A DNA stretch of 64,000 nt, from positions 285,661 to 349,660 of the IMG/VR virus record IMGVR_UViG_3300045996_002337; one strand, 5' to 3'. Below, in pieces: positions 9,316 through 16,641 of this stretch. Both the position numbers and the translations under genes were made by a program. How positions within the stretch are numbered: position 1 is the first letter of the stretch; every line of letters starts with the position of its first letter. The notes beneath the pieces were generated by a model. The model saw only the letters and a list, made by a program, of their open reading frames with translations. It searched no databases and was not told the origin of the DNA.

Positions 9316-9546
9316 TTATTTCCGCTTGAGTTGCTTGGCTTGACCAGACGTGTTCGCAGCCTCGACTGAGACCGCAAGAAAATCAACATCTGCGACGACG
9401 TCAGATTTAACGCCGTCTTTTACGTCGATTGCATGCTTCCGCTGCTCGACTGCCTTTGGAATTGGTGCTGAGGCAAGTTGCTGCTTGATTGCAAGCAGTT
9501 CAAAATCGATCAGTTCACCGCGTGCGCTGCGAATGAGTTGTCCCAT
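9316..9546 (-). CDS. Hypothetical protein
   Basis: 76 aa; GGAGA SD; late promoter upstream. Confidence 0.7.
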   Translation of the reverse strand: MGQLIRSARGELIDFELLAIKQQLASAPIPKAVEQRKHAIDVKDGVKSDVVADVDFLAVSVEAANTSGQAKQLKRK

Positions 9547-9597
9547 TGTATCGTTCTCCGGAGATTTTTAGGCGTGCGTCTATATATTGCACTTCTA

Positions 9598-9605
9598 TAT
9601 TTATA
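9598..9605 (-). promoter_or_regulatory. Late promoter TATAAATA
   Basis: Exact T4 gp55 consensus in intergenic gap. Confidence 0.75.
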
Positions 9606-9619
9606 GGCACCCGCGCAGC

Positions 9620-10171
9620 TTATTCGTGGAAAAATTCTTCAGCAGATACGTTCATCTTAACACAATCGACAACATGCAGCCCGATGATAAACAGGAGGTA
9701 ACATGCACAGGATGAACCTCGACCAACACCCCAGACGACATCATTTGCCCTGAGCTGATCCAGAATGTAAATGATGGTTCTCATGAACTCCACCATCCCG
9801 CGTTGGTTGACCTGATCCAGCTCAAAGGCGATGCGATCGATTGCTTCTTCAACCTGCTCGGGCGTGTAATCCGTGGGGCAGCGTTCCTCGAACTGTGAAG
9901 CGATGTATTCTTCAAGATCGAGAGTTTGATACTTTTCGGGCAGTTCCCACCCCATGTCGAGCGCAATTGGTTCCTGCCCGCCGACTTGAATTTGATCCTC
10001 GGCCGGCACCTGCGCATTGAAGGTTACGACATCGGGAGTTTCTTGAAGGACTCGAAGCTTTGAGGGAGGGACGCCCAAAAGCAGAAACCGGCCCAACTGG
10101 TCCGGTTCCACTTCAGAAACTCCGTCGAAACGGAGTTTTCGGTTCGTCAGTTCAGATTGAAGTGAACGCAT
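9620..10171 (-). CDS. dnaE: Split minimal DnaE, N-terminal fragment (pre-catalytic palm helices and GS motif)
   Basis: RIAFELDQVNQRGMVEF...WGVGRGSSCACYLLFIIGLHVVD...EEFF matches DnaE RLxxEL...GPGRGSxAGSLVAY...FERFL. Confidence 0.85.
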   Translation of the reverse strand: MRSLQSELTNRKLRFDGVSEVEPDQLGRFLLLGVPPSKLRVLQETPDVVTFNAQVPAEDQIQVGGQEPIALDMGWELPEKYQTLDLEEYIASQFEERCPTDYTPEQVEEAIDRIAFELDQVNQRGMVEFMRTIIYILDQLRANDVVWGVGRGSSCACYLLFIIGLHVVDCVKMNVSAEEFFHE

Positions 10172-10475
10172 GATTCTCGGGTTGAGCTGCCAGGGTGGCA
10201 GCTTCTTCTTTCGAAACGCCAAGCACACTCCGTTCACTGACCTGCAGTTGGTGACGTGCAAACTTCATCAGCACGGTCATCACGGCATCCGTGAACGGAA
10301 ACTCAGCGAAGAACATCGTGTTCTTGTCCCACATGCCCGTTTCGATGTACTTTTTCAACGAGGCCAGGTGGGCCTCGTTCGTCGGGTCGAAGAAGGAGCG
10401 GGCCGAGCCATGGCGGCGAAGAATCGAAGAACGCGACATGAAATCAGTAGAACCAACATCGACGAATTCAGGCAT
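10152..10475 (-). CDS. Hypothetical protein
   Basis: 107 aa; early promoter upstream; overlaps dnaE-N start. Confidence 0.65.
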   Translation of the reverse strand: MPEFVDVGSTDFMSRSSILRRHGSARSFFDPTNEAHLASLKKYIETGMWDKNTMFFAEFPFTDAVMTVLMKFARHQLQVSERSVLGVSKEEAATLAAQPENHAFTSI

Positions 10476-10504
10476 TTGATTTCCAGTGGAGTTGCAATAG
10501 AAGA

Positions 10505-10533
10505 ATTATACAATGAACCTGTGTTCTTGTACA
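10505..10533 (-). promoter_or_regulatory. Early promoter, divergent family member
   Basis: TGTACA-N17 (contains CAGGTT)-TATAAT. Confidence 0.65.
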
Positions 10534-10800
10534 TCACTTCTTGCGAGGATAGCAAGGACCTTGCGGTAGATGGGTGATGTCGCCATAACGTGGCAACCAA
10601 TTTGTCACGCCACACTTCACACACTCGTAGTCATACTCGCCGTTGTGGCCCCCGACTGCACGTGAAATGTCCTTCCACTCGTGCTGCTCAACCGCATCAG
10701 TCAAGGTTGGGATGACGTTAGCTTCGACCCACTTTTGGACGCCCGCAGGCGTTCCGTCACTTCGATTGTCGTGCTGTTCCCGCATCAACTTGCCAAGCAT
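10534..10800 (-). CDS. Hypothetical protein with CxxC motif
   Basis: Likely start MLGKLMRE; YECVKCG near C-terminus. Confidence 0.5.
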   Translation of the reverse strand: MLGKLMREQHDNRSDGTPAGVQKWVEANVIPTLTDAVEQHEWKDISRAVGGHNGEYDYECVKCGVTNWLPRYGDITHLPQGPCYPRKK

Positions 10801-10810
10801 CGAGGCACCA

Positions 10811-11368
10811 TCACCTTTGATCGTCACGCCTTCCAAAGTCGGGAAACGCTTCGGGCTGGACAGGTCCAAAAACGGGAGGCACCTCGACCTCACCGTGAGA
10901 ACCGTCCTGGACCAGTTGATGACACTTAACCCCACGCTTTTCGAGCCGCTCAACACCTTCAGGTAGACGGTAGTGCTTGCGGTACACTACACGGGAAATC
11001 TTGGCCTGCACGATCAGTTTCGCACATTCTGGGCAGGGAGAATAGGTGGTGTAGAGTGTCGCCCCGCGAGAGCTCACCCCACCATTGGCTGCAAGTTTGA
11101 GAATTGCGTTGGCCTCAGCGTGGAGAACTTCCTGCTTGGTTCGAACATTGCCATCTTCGTCATACATCTCGCATACATCGTCTTCACCTTCTGCACCCGC
11201 AGGCATGCCATTGTAGCCATCCGAGATGATCTGACCATCCTTCACGATGAGGGCCCCCACCTGGGCACGGGTGGCTTTGGAGCGCTTTGACCAAACCTCA
11301 GCCATTTGCATGTAGGCCTCATCGAGCTCGATGCGATTTGTGTTAACTTTGAGAATTGGTTTGTTCAT
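10811..11368 (-). CDS. dCMP deaminase
   Basis: QVGALIVKD..IISDGYNGMP, LHAEANAI, TYSPCPECAKLI. Confidence 0.93.
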   Translation of the reverse strand: MNKPILKVNTNRIELDEAYMQMAEVWSKRSKATRAQVGALIVKDGQIISDGYNGMPAGAEGEDDVCEMYDEDGNVRTKQEVLHAEANAILKLAANGGVSSRGATLYTTYSPCPECAKLIVQAKISRVVYRKHYRLPEGVERLEKRGVKCHQLVQDGSHGEVEVPPVFGPVQPEAFPDFGRRDDQR

Positions 11369-11411
11369 GCTCCTATTTTAACACAGGAACATGAACGCAA
11401 CATTTTCGTCT

Positions 11412-12641
11412 TCAGGTCGTTTTTGGCTTCTGATACACACGAACCCAATCAACCTTCAGGGCCTGAGGAAAGACTGAATCATCAATCCCATGGCGACCTG
11501 CCCATTGTCCGCCCAAAGCAAGGTTCAAGATGATGTGGGCGGGCGCGCCAAGTGTACCATCAGAGTACTTCCAAGGTGATTTTCGGACGTAGATTGCTGT
11601 GCCATCTACGTAGACCTTTGCGTTGTCCCAGTCCCACTCTAGACCTACGGTATGCCACCCTTCAGTGAACTTGTAGTCTGCCGGCCAATAGGTCCACTGC
11701 TTGTTGAACTTTGGATGGGCCCAGTAGAATGGAGCTGGATGTTTAGCGGTTCCAACCACGCCCGAATGAAGCATGTGCGGCCGATCCTCTACTCCGTTAT
11801 TGACGAACTCGAAGATGTCGATTTCTGGAGGCCAGCTCAACTTGCCTTTATCCGAAACATCTGAGTTGAGCCAGAACGCCGCTGAGCATCCAACGCCAGG
11901 TGGCATCCAAACTCGGGCTTCGTAGTAGCCCCAGTAGAAGGTTGCATCTGAGCGAATTAACCCAGATTCATAGTTGACGCCATCGGGGTGATCGTTACGA
12001 ACCTTGTGAGCTGTTAGCTCGAGGGCCCCATCTTTAACGATGTGGTTATTGTTGTCACGGTAGCGCTGCACCTCGTCGTTGAGGTAATCACCGGTCCCAG
12101 CAGAATAAATCGTGCGAGTGTGCCACTTGCTTCGATCAAGCTCAGTTCCATTAAACTCATCGTTAAACACGAGTTCGTACCCTGCAGGCACGAATGAACC
12201 TTCAGTGCTGGTGATTGGTTGCGTGAGAGAAATTGCTTCACATTCCATGAGAGAAATGGAATCAACATGGCAGCGGCTGCCATTTGCGATAACTGCGACA
12301 ACGCCTTTGGTAAAGATCGGCGCGATGAAGCGAACTTCATAGTCCTTCCACTCAGTGCCCGTCATCTTCACTTCGTAGCTGCGGAATGTTTCATCGGCGG
12401 CTGTTTTGAATCTCACCATTCCAGTAGCAAAGCCAGTGGTGGCAGTCATTTTTGCGCGAATCTTCAGAACATATGACGCACGTGCCTTGAGCAGGCCATG
12501 ATTAAAAAGCTGCTTGGCGAGATAGCCAATGTTGAGCGCCTTACCACCTGGTCGCTCCGTGCTAGAAATTACAGTTGCGGTGCTTAACGTCCAGTTTGCA
12601 GCAACGTTTTCAAAAGTTCCGTCCTTGACCATTTCAACCAT
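11412..12641 (-). CDS. Glycoside hydrolase family 16 with N-terminal carbohydrate-binding (CBM4/9-like) domain
   Basis: LVFNDEFNG..LD..KW, WPPEIDIFE catalytic ExDxxE, FTEGWHTVGLEW, LNLALGG, VDWVRVYQ. Confidence 0.88.
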   Translation of the reverse strand: MVEMVKDGTFENVAANWTLSTATVISSTERPGGKALNIGYLAKQLFNHGLLKARASYVLKIRAKMTATTGFATGMVRFKTAADETFRSYEVKMTGTEWKDYEVRFIAPIFTKGVVAVIANGSRCHVDSISLMECEAISLTQPITSTEGSFVPAGYELVFNDEFNGTELDRSKWHTRTIYSAGTGDYLNDEVQRYRDNNNHIVKDGALELTAHKVRNDHPDGVNYESGLIRSDATFYWGYYEARVWMPPGVGCSAAFWLNSDVSDKGKLSWPPEIDIFEFVNNGVEDRPHMLHSGVVGTAKHPAPFYWAHPKFNKQWTYWPADYKFTEGWHTVGLEWDWDNAKVYVDGTAIYVRKSPWKYSDGTLGAPAHIILNLALGGQWAGRHGIDDSVFPQALKVDWVRVYQKPKTT

Positions 12642-12670
12642 TTCGTCTCCTTGAGGGGCTTCACAGCCAA

Positions 12671-12676
12671 TATTTA
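12671..12676 (-). promoter_or_regulatory. Late promoter TAAATA upstream of GH16
   Basis: Intergenic, 30 nt upstream of ATG, AAGGAG SD follows. Confidence 0.6.
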
Positions 12677-12734
12677 AGAGACGATGACTGGGTGTCTGGT
12701 TTTTGATTACACTTTGGTCACTTTCTGTACTTGG

Positions 12735-13346
12735 TTAAAAACTGTAGTTGGCGGCCGCGATACGGCATTTTACCTGCCACGTCTTGTTGCTGTCCGGCTT
12801 CAAGCAGGCTTTCAGAGTGGCGTTCGGGTCCTTGAGCACGAGACCTTCATCTTCAGCGCTAAGAGTGTCGAAGAGAGCCGTGAAACCACCGGTGAAGCAC
12901 TTTGCCAGCGTGATGCGATCGGCGATGCGGTACTGATCGGACTCTGCTTCACCGCCGAATTTTTGGCGCATTGCAAGAACGCGCGATGCGAAGGTAGTTC
13001 CAACGAGGGAAACGCCATCACGAACGAGCTGATCGAAGATGAAGAGCTCATTCTTCGGCCCGCCGGTGACCTTGCTGTGGAGCAGCTCAGCCGTGTAGAC
13101 GTTCCAGCCTTCGGAGCCAGAGAAGAACTTGATGTGGTCAGCTTGTGGGGTCCACAGCTTGTGATCGTCGTTGTGGCGGGTCTTGAAGATGACTTGGTCA
13201 CCCTTCGCGAAGATCACCGTGCACGTGCCGTTCTTCTTTTTCTGCGCAACGAAGCCACGCTTCTGGTAAAAGCCAAGCATCGGTTTAGCGATTTTTTGTT
13301 CCGGACGAGGTGGCCACCAATACTGGTACTCGTTGTAATCCATCAC
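12735..13346 (-). CDS. ATP-dependent ligase-like nucleotidyltransferase domain, no OB fold
   Basis: Motif I QKKKNG, III TAELL, IIIa FIFDQL, IV EGLVLK, V WQVKCR, then stop. Confidence 0.72.
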   Translation of the reverse strand: MMDYNEYQYWWPPRPEQKIAKPMLGFYQKRGFVAQKKKNGTCTVIFAKGDQVIFKTRHNDDHKLWTPQADHIKFFSGSEGWNVYTAELLHSKVTGGPKNELFIFDQLVRDGVSLVGTTFASRVLAMRQKFGGEAESDQYRIADRITLAKCFTGGFTALFDTLSAEDEGLVLKDPNATLKACLKPDSNKTWQVKCRIAAANYSF

Positions 13347-13528
13347 AGACCCTTCTTGAAGATTTCCGTGGCGAGTTCCATGACGAAATCATCCACGAGT
13401 TTCCGCTGCTCCATCATCTTCTCGATGCGTTCGGAAAGATTGGAAGTGGATGCGCTCTCTACTCGCTTGATTGCGAGGTCAAGAGCAGTCCACATTTCAA
13501 GAAGTTGGTTGGCTTGTTCGGTGTGCAT
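13343..13528 (-). CDS. Small helical hypothetical protein
   Basis: Immediately downstream of an early promoter; ATGA overlap with ligase-like gene. Confidence 0.55.
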   Translation of the reverse strand: MHTEQANQLLEMWTALDLAIKRVESASTSNLSERIEKMMEQRKLVDDFVMELATEIFKKGL

Positions 13529-13533
13529 GATGC

Positions 13534-13563
13534 ATTATACTCCAACCTGCGGAGCGTGTACAC
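13534..13563 (-). promoter_or_regulatory. Early promoter, CGCAGGTTG family
   Basis: GTGTACA-cgctcCGCAGGTTGgag-TATAAT. Confidence 0.75.
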
Positions 13564-13566
13564 TGA

Positions 13567-13749
13567 TTATTTCTGTTTGCGCCGTTCCCACATCAGTACG
13601 TTGTGTAGGATATCTGACGCGCGCTGCCAGGGTTTTCGATGATCTTGGCGCGTGAGTGTGCACTCAATCCATTCAAGAATTTCTTCATGCGTTAGCTGCT
13701 CGACAGTCTTCTCTTCCCAAGGTTTGAGCTTATCGATTTCGTTGGTCAT
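13567..13749 (-). CDS. Small hypothetical protein
   Basis: ATGA overlap with upstream ORF. Confidence 0.5.
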   Translation of the reverse strand: MTNEIDKLKPWEEKTVEQLTHEEILEWIECTLTRQDHRKPWQRASDILHNVLMWERRKQK

Positions 13750-14207
13750 TTCTGTTCGTCCATGTACTTCCAGGAGGCCACCAAGGAATCACCAAGTCGG
13801 TTCATGAAGACCTTGTCAAAGGACCAGAACACGTGGTTGTCAATGTCCCACCAGAGGTCCGTCACATGATACTTTGAAGGTCGACGACCCGCTTCAAAGT
13901 GTGAAGATTCCTTCAGTCGCAATTTGTTGGCACGCATGGCCACAAGGTGCTGGAAGTACTCCTCAAACTCTGCCTCATCAAAGGTATGAAGAACACGGAG
14001 CGATTTCTCACCTTCGAGGATGCGGTTGTCAACCGTCAGTTTGATCTTGTCGACGTTTGCCTGCAGCTGACGAAGCGACTGAGGGAGAGCACCGAATTCA
14101 AATTCGGCGCTGCCCATGTAATCGAGGTTTGCGACTTGAGAGAATCGACCTTCCGTCAGAGGACGGCGAATCTCGCAACGTTGAATGAGGTAGGGGGTCT
14201 TGATCAT
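13746..14207 (-). CDS. Phage hypothetical protein
   Basis: LDYMGSAEFEFGALP motif; AGGAAAG SD. Confidence 0.7.
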   Translation of the reverse strand: MIKTPYLIQRCEIRRPLTEGRFSQVANLDYMGSAEFEFGALPQSLRQLQANVDKIKLTVDNRILEGEKSLRVLHTFDEAEFEEYFQHLVAMRANKLRLKESSHFEAGRRPSKYHVTDLWWDIDNHVFWSFDKVFMNRLGDSLVASWKYMDEQK

Positions 14208-14218
14208 TTTCTTTCCTT

Positions 14219-14629
14219 TCAGTAGCCGCGAACACGCTTCTGCAGTTCAGCAGAAACCAGGGTGGTGAGCACCGCGTGGGCGTTGAGCAGCACTTCCAGT
14301 TGTTCCTTTGTGAAGCTTGCCACGACTGCTTGCGCTGCTTCGCGCTTGCGCCGCTCTTCTTCGAAATGGGCCAACGCGGAGGTGAGGTTCTCGAGGAAGC
14401 TCTCGAATTCCCATGGCTCGCAGGCTTCGCCGACGGATTGATCCACGTCGTATCGGTGGCCCGTGTAAGCGGGCATCGTGAGCCGTAGGGAGTCCGTGAG
14501 AGAAAGTTCGGCGTACATACCGTGCTTCTTCAGCTGACCAACCAGACGCATGGCCTTCACGGCGCACTCATCGAATGTCAGGGGCGCCTCTTCAACAGTG
14601 ACTTCAACTTGAGCTTTTGCTTTTGCCAT
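14219..14629 (-). CDS. Hypothetical protein
   Basis: AAGGAG SD; typical codon usage. Confidence 0.65.
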   Translation of the reverse strand: MAKAKAQVEVTVEEAPLTFDECAVKAMRLVGQLKKHGMYAELSLTDSLRLTMPAYTGHRYDVDQSVGEACEPWEFESFLENLTSALAHFEEERRKREAAQAVVASFTKEQLEVLLNAHAVLTTLVSAELQKRVRGY

Positions 14630-14643
14630 TTTTCAGTTCTCCT

Positions 14644-14835
14644 TCAGCAATTGTCTTGAAAGTACTCGCGCACGACTTCAACAGCTTCTTCCATCCACGC
14701 TTCATCGATTCCCTTGGTCGCGAGGAAGGCGCGGATTCGGGAGTCGAGCTCTTCATCTTCGAAGCTTTCGTCGTCATTTTCGTCGTAGTTGGCGTCGAGG
14801 AAGTCGTCAGCGTATTCTTGAAATTTGTTGTTCAT
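14644..14835 (-). CDS. Small acidic hypothetical protein
   Basis: MNNKFQEYADDFLD...; very D/E rich. Confidence 0.55.
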   Translation of the reverse strand: MNNKFQEYADDFLDANYDENDDESFEDEELDSRIRAFLATKGIDEAWMEEAVEVVREYFQDNC

Positions 14836-14840
14836 GCTCT

Positions 14841-15020
14841 TCACCGGCGGATCACGATGGTGAAGGTTTCGCCGTCGAGCGACTTCGGAGGATCAACTTC
14901 GAAACCGAGCATCGTGAAAACATCGGCTTGTTCGTACGCCTTGTAAGCATCGTCGAACGTCATTTCGGTTTCCTTGTTAACGTGTTGAAGGCAGGAAACG
15001 GTAACTGCGTTGAATTCCAT
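14841..15020 (-). CDS. 59-aa hypothetical protein (MEFNAVTVSCLQHVNKE...), below the ORF-track cutoff
   Basis: Manual translation; first gene after the promoter at 15050-15078. Confidence 0.6.
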   Translation of the reverse strand: MEFNAVTVSCLQHVNKETEMTFDDAYKAYEQADVFTMLGFEVDPPKSLDGETFTIVIRR

Positions 15021-15049
15021 GATCGTTCCAGTTTGGTTGGTATGATGCT

Positions 15050-15078
15050 ATTATATCCAACCTGCGCTAGATGTACAC
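15050..15078 (-). promoter_or_regulatory. Early promoter, CGCAGGTTG family
   Basis: GTGTACA-tctagCGCAGGTTGga-TATAAT followed by ACCAACCAAAC leader. Confidence 0.8.
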
Positions 15079-15118
15079 TACTTTTTAGCGCGACAGGAAC
15101 TCACGGTAGGTGAATGAA

Positions 15119-15295
15119 TCATTTGCCTCCATCATCTTCCTTTTCGAGAGCATCCAGAAAGATCTTCTTGTACGAGTTAACGCTGCCAACAAAGTTGGTG
15201 TGTGGCTCAACCTTGTCCTTCTTGCCAAGTGGTTGAACCTCGTGGAGATGGGAGATGAACTTCTCCCAGAGTTCCCCAGCCTCTTCTCGCTTCAC
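15119..15295 (-). CDS. 58-aa hypothetical protein (MKREEAGELWEKF...)
   Basis: Manual translation; GTGA overlap with the upstream stop. Confidence 0.45.
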   Translation of the reverse strand: MKREEAGELWEKFISHLHEVQPLGKKDKVEPHTNFVGSVNSYKKIFLDALEKEDDGGK

Positions 15296-15483
15296 GCAAT
15301 CACCAGCGAAGCGCGCTTTTGGCGGATGGCCTTGGCGACAAGTTCCTCAGCGACTTCGCGGGTCACTCCCTGGGCCACGATGGCCGAGTCCTTGCGCCGC
15401 ATCACCGAGTACAGCTTGATGGCGACAGCCTTGGGTGCGGGGCGGCGAGCGAAGAGGGCGAGCTTGATTTGACGAATCTTCAT
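15292..15483 (-). CDS. Small basic hypothetical protein
   Basis: AAAGGA SD. Confidence 0.6.
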   Translation of the reverse strand: MKIRQIKLALFARRPAPKAVAIKLYSVMRRKDSAIVAQGVTREVAEELVAKAIRQKRASLVIA

Positions 15484-15507
15484 GATGTTTCCTTTCGTTA
15501 TGTGAGA

Positions 15508-16218
15508 TTAGGCGGCGACCTTCTTGGATTTGGCGATTTCTGCCACGCCTTCAGCTTCCAGTTCAGCGACTTCGTCGGTTTCCGGGACAAGGTAGCTTGC
15601 GACGTTCGTCTGGAGAGCTTCCATCGGGTATTCGGCGTTGAGCTTCGGCTTCAGCGCCATCGTGGTGACGATGCGGAGAGCGGTTTGACGTGCTTCACCT
15701 TCGAGCTTGAAGGCTGCGTCCATGAGTTCATCGCTGACAACCATCTTGGAAACTTCTTCTTGCAGAACGATGAAGTCTTCGGGAACGATCTTCTCGAGGG
15801 CCTTCGAAACCTTTTCCATGAGCTTCTCATCACCTGCGTACTTCGGGTTGATGCCGAACATTTCGGTGGTTACCACTTGCTTGAAAGCGGTAAGGCCGAG
15901 ACTTTCGAGAACTTCGAGCTCGTCGGCGTTCAGCGCGGAATTGGTGCCGCGCTTGCGCATTTCAACAGAGCAGGTTGCCATGCCATCGACACCCTTGAAG
16001 GATTCCGGACGAACGTTGGTTTCCATCGCGAGGAACTCGGAGAAACCGGCTTCCTTGATCTCGGTTGCGAGAGTGGACTTCACAGCCTCGAGGTTCTTGA
16101 TCATCGCTTCGACTTCAGCGAGAGATTGGATACCAGCCAGAGCAATTTCCTGCTTCGTGGCCTTGGCCTTGGCGGTGGGCTTTGCGGAAACCTTGGCAGC
16201 TTTTGCGAAAATGCTCAT
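15508..16218 (-). CDS. Hypothetical early protein
   Basis: 236 aa; strong codon bias; first gene after early promoter. Confidence 0.75.
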   Translation of the reverse strand: MSIFAKAAKVSAKPTAKAKATKQEIALAGIQSLAEVEAMIKNLEAVKSTLATEIKEAGFSEFLAMETNVRPESFKGVDGMATCSVEMRKRGTNSALNADELEVLESLGLTAFKQVVTTEMFGINPKYAGDEKLMEKVSKALEKIVPEDFIVLQEEVSKMVVSDELMDAAFKLEGEARQTALRIVTTMALKPKLNAEYPMEALQTNVASYLVPETDEVAELEAEGVAEIAKSKKVAA

Positions 16219-16251
16219 TTGAATTCCTTCAAGTTTGGTTGGTATAGATGA

Positions 16252-16280
16252 ATTATATTCAACCTGCGGTTTCTGTACAC
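16252..16280 (-). promoter_or_regulatory. Early promoter, CGCAGGTTG family
   Basis: GTGTACA-gaaacCGCAGGTTGaa-TATAAT followed by ACCAACCAAAC leader. Confidence 0.8.
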
Positions 16281-16310
16281 ATCTAAAGTGTAACAGTTAG
16301 ACATGCCCTT

Positions 16311-16562
16311 TCATTTGGCGCTCGAGTTGACAAGCTTGTAGCCCCTATCCGCGAGGTGGAGCACCAGCTCTTGATGGAAACCCTCGGCACGGTCGATGTG
16401 CGCGAACGTTTTCAAGTCACTTGCGTACCGCACCTTACCTTTCTTGAGAATGATTAGGCGGACCACGTACGATGGCCAAGTTTCGTGATGTACGTACCTT
16501 GAATGAACTGTGACATCGCGCCCAGTTTTTTCAAGTTTAGAAAATGAATAGTGGGTAGCCAT
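16311..16562 (-). CDS. Hypothetical protein
   Basis: Likely start MATHYSF, 6 nt after TACAAT; TGTACA-N17-TACAAT at 16569-16597. Confidence 0.55.
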   Translation of the reverse strand: MATHYSFSKLEKTGRDVTVHSRYVHHETWPSYVVRLIILKKGKVRYASDLKTFAHIDRAEGFHQELVLHLADRGYKLVNSSAK

Positions 16563-16617
16563 GTGTCTATTGTAGCTCGAGTTCTTCAACCTGTACAACG
16601 TTGAAGTGTAACACCCC

Positions 16618-16641
16618 ACAAAGGACCCGCAGGTCCTTTGT
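16618..16641 (-). terminator. Intrinsic terminator ending the fibre block
   Basis: ACAAAGGACC-CGCA-GGTCCTTTGT hairpin right after the 16642 stop. Confidence 0.7.

Noticed and set aside
3712-10171. Trans-splicing split intein in dnaE
   Set aside because: The N-piece ends EEFFHE with no Cys-initiated intein-N, and the C-piece begins directly with DVDID with no HN-C junction
12684-13655. 323-aa plus-strand ORF
   Set aside because: Antisense shadow of the ligase-like gene and its neighbours; no motifs, SD or promoter
15319-16251. 310-aa plus-strand ORF (also 15707..16222)
   Set aside because: Antisense to the strongly codon-biased 15508..16218; open because the sense codon bias suppresses reverse stops
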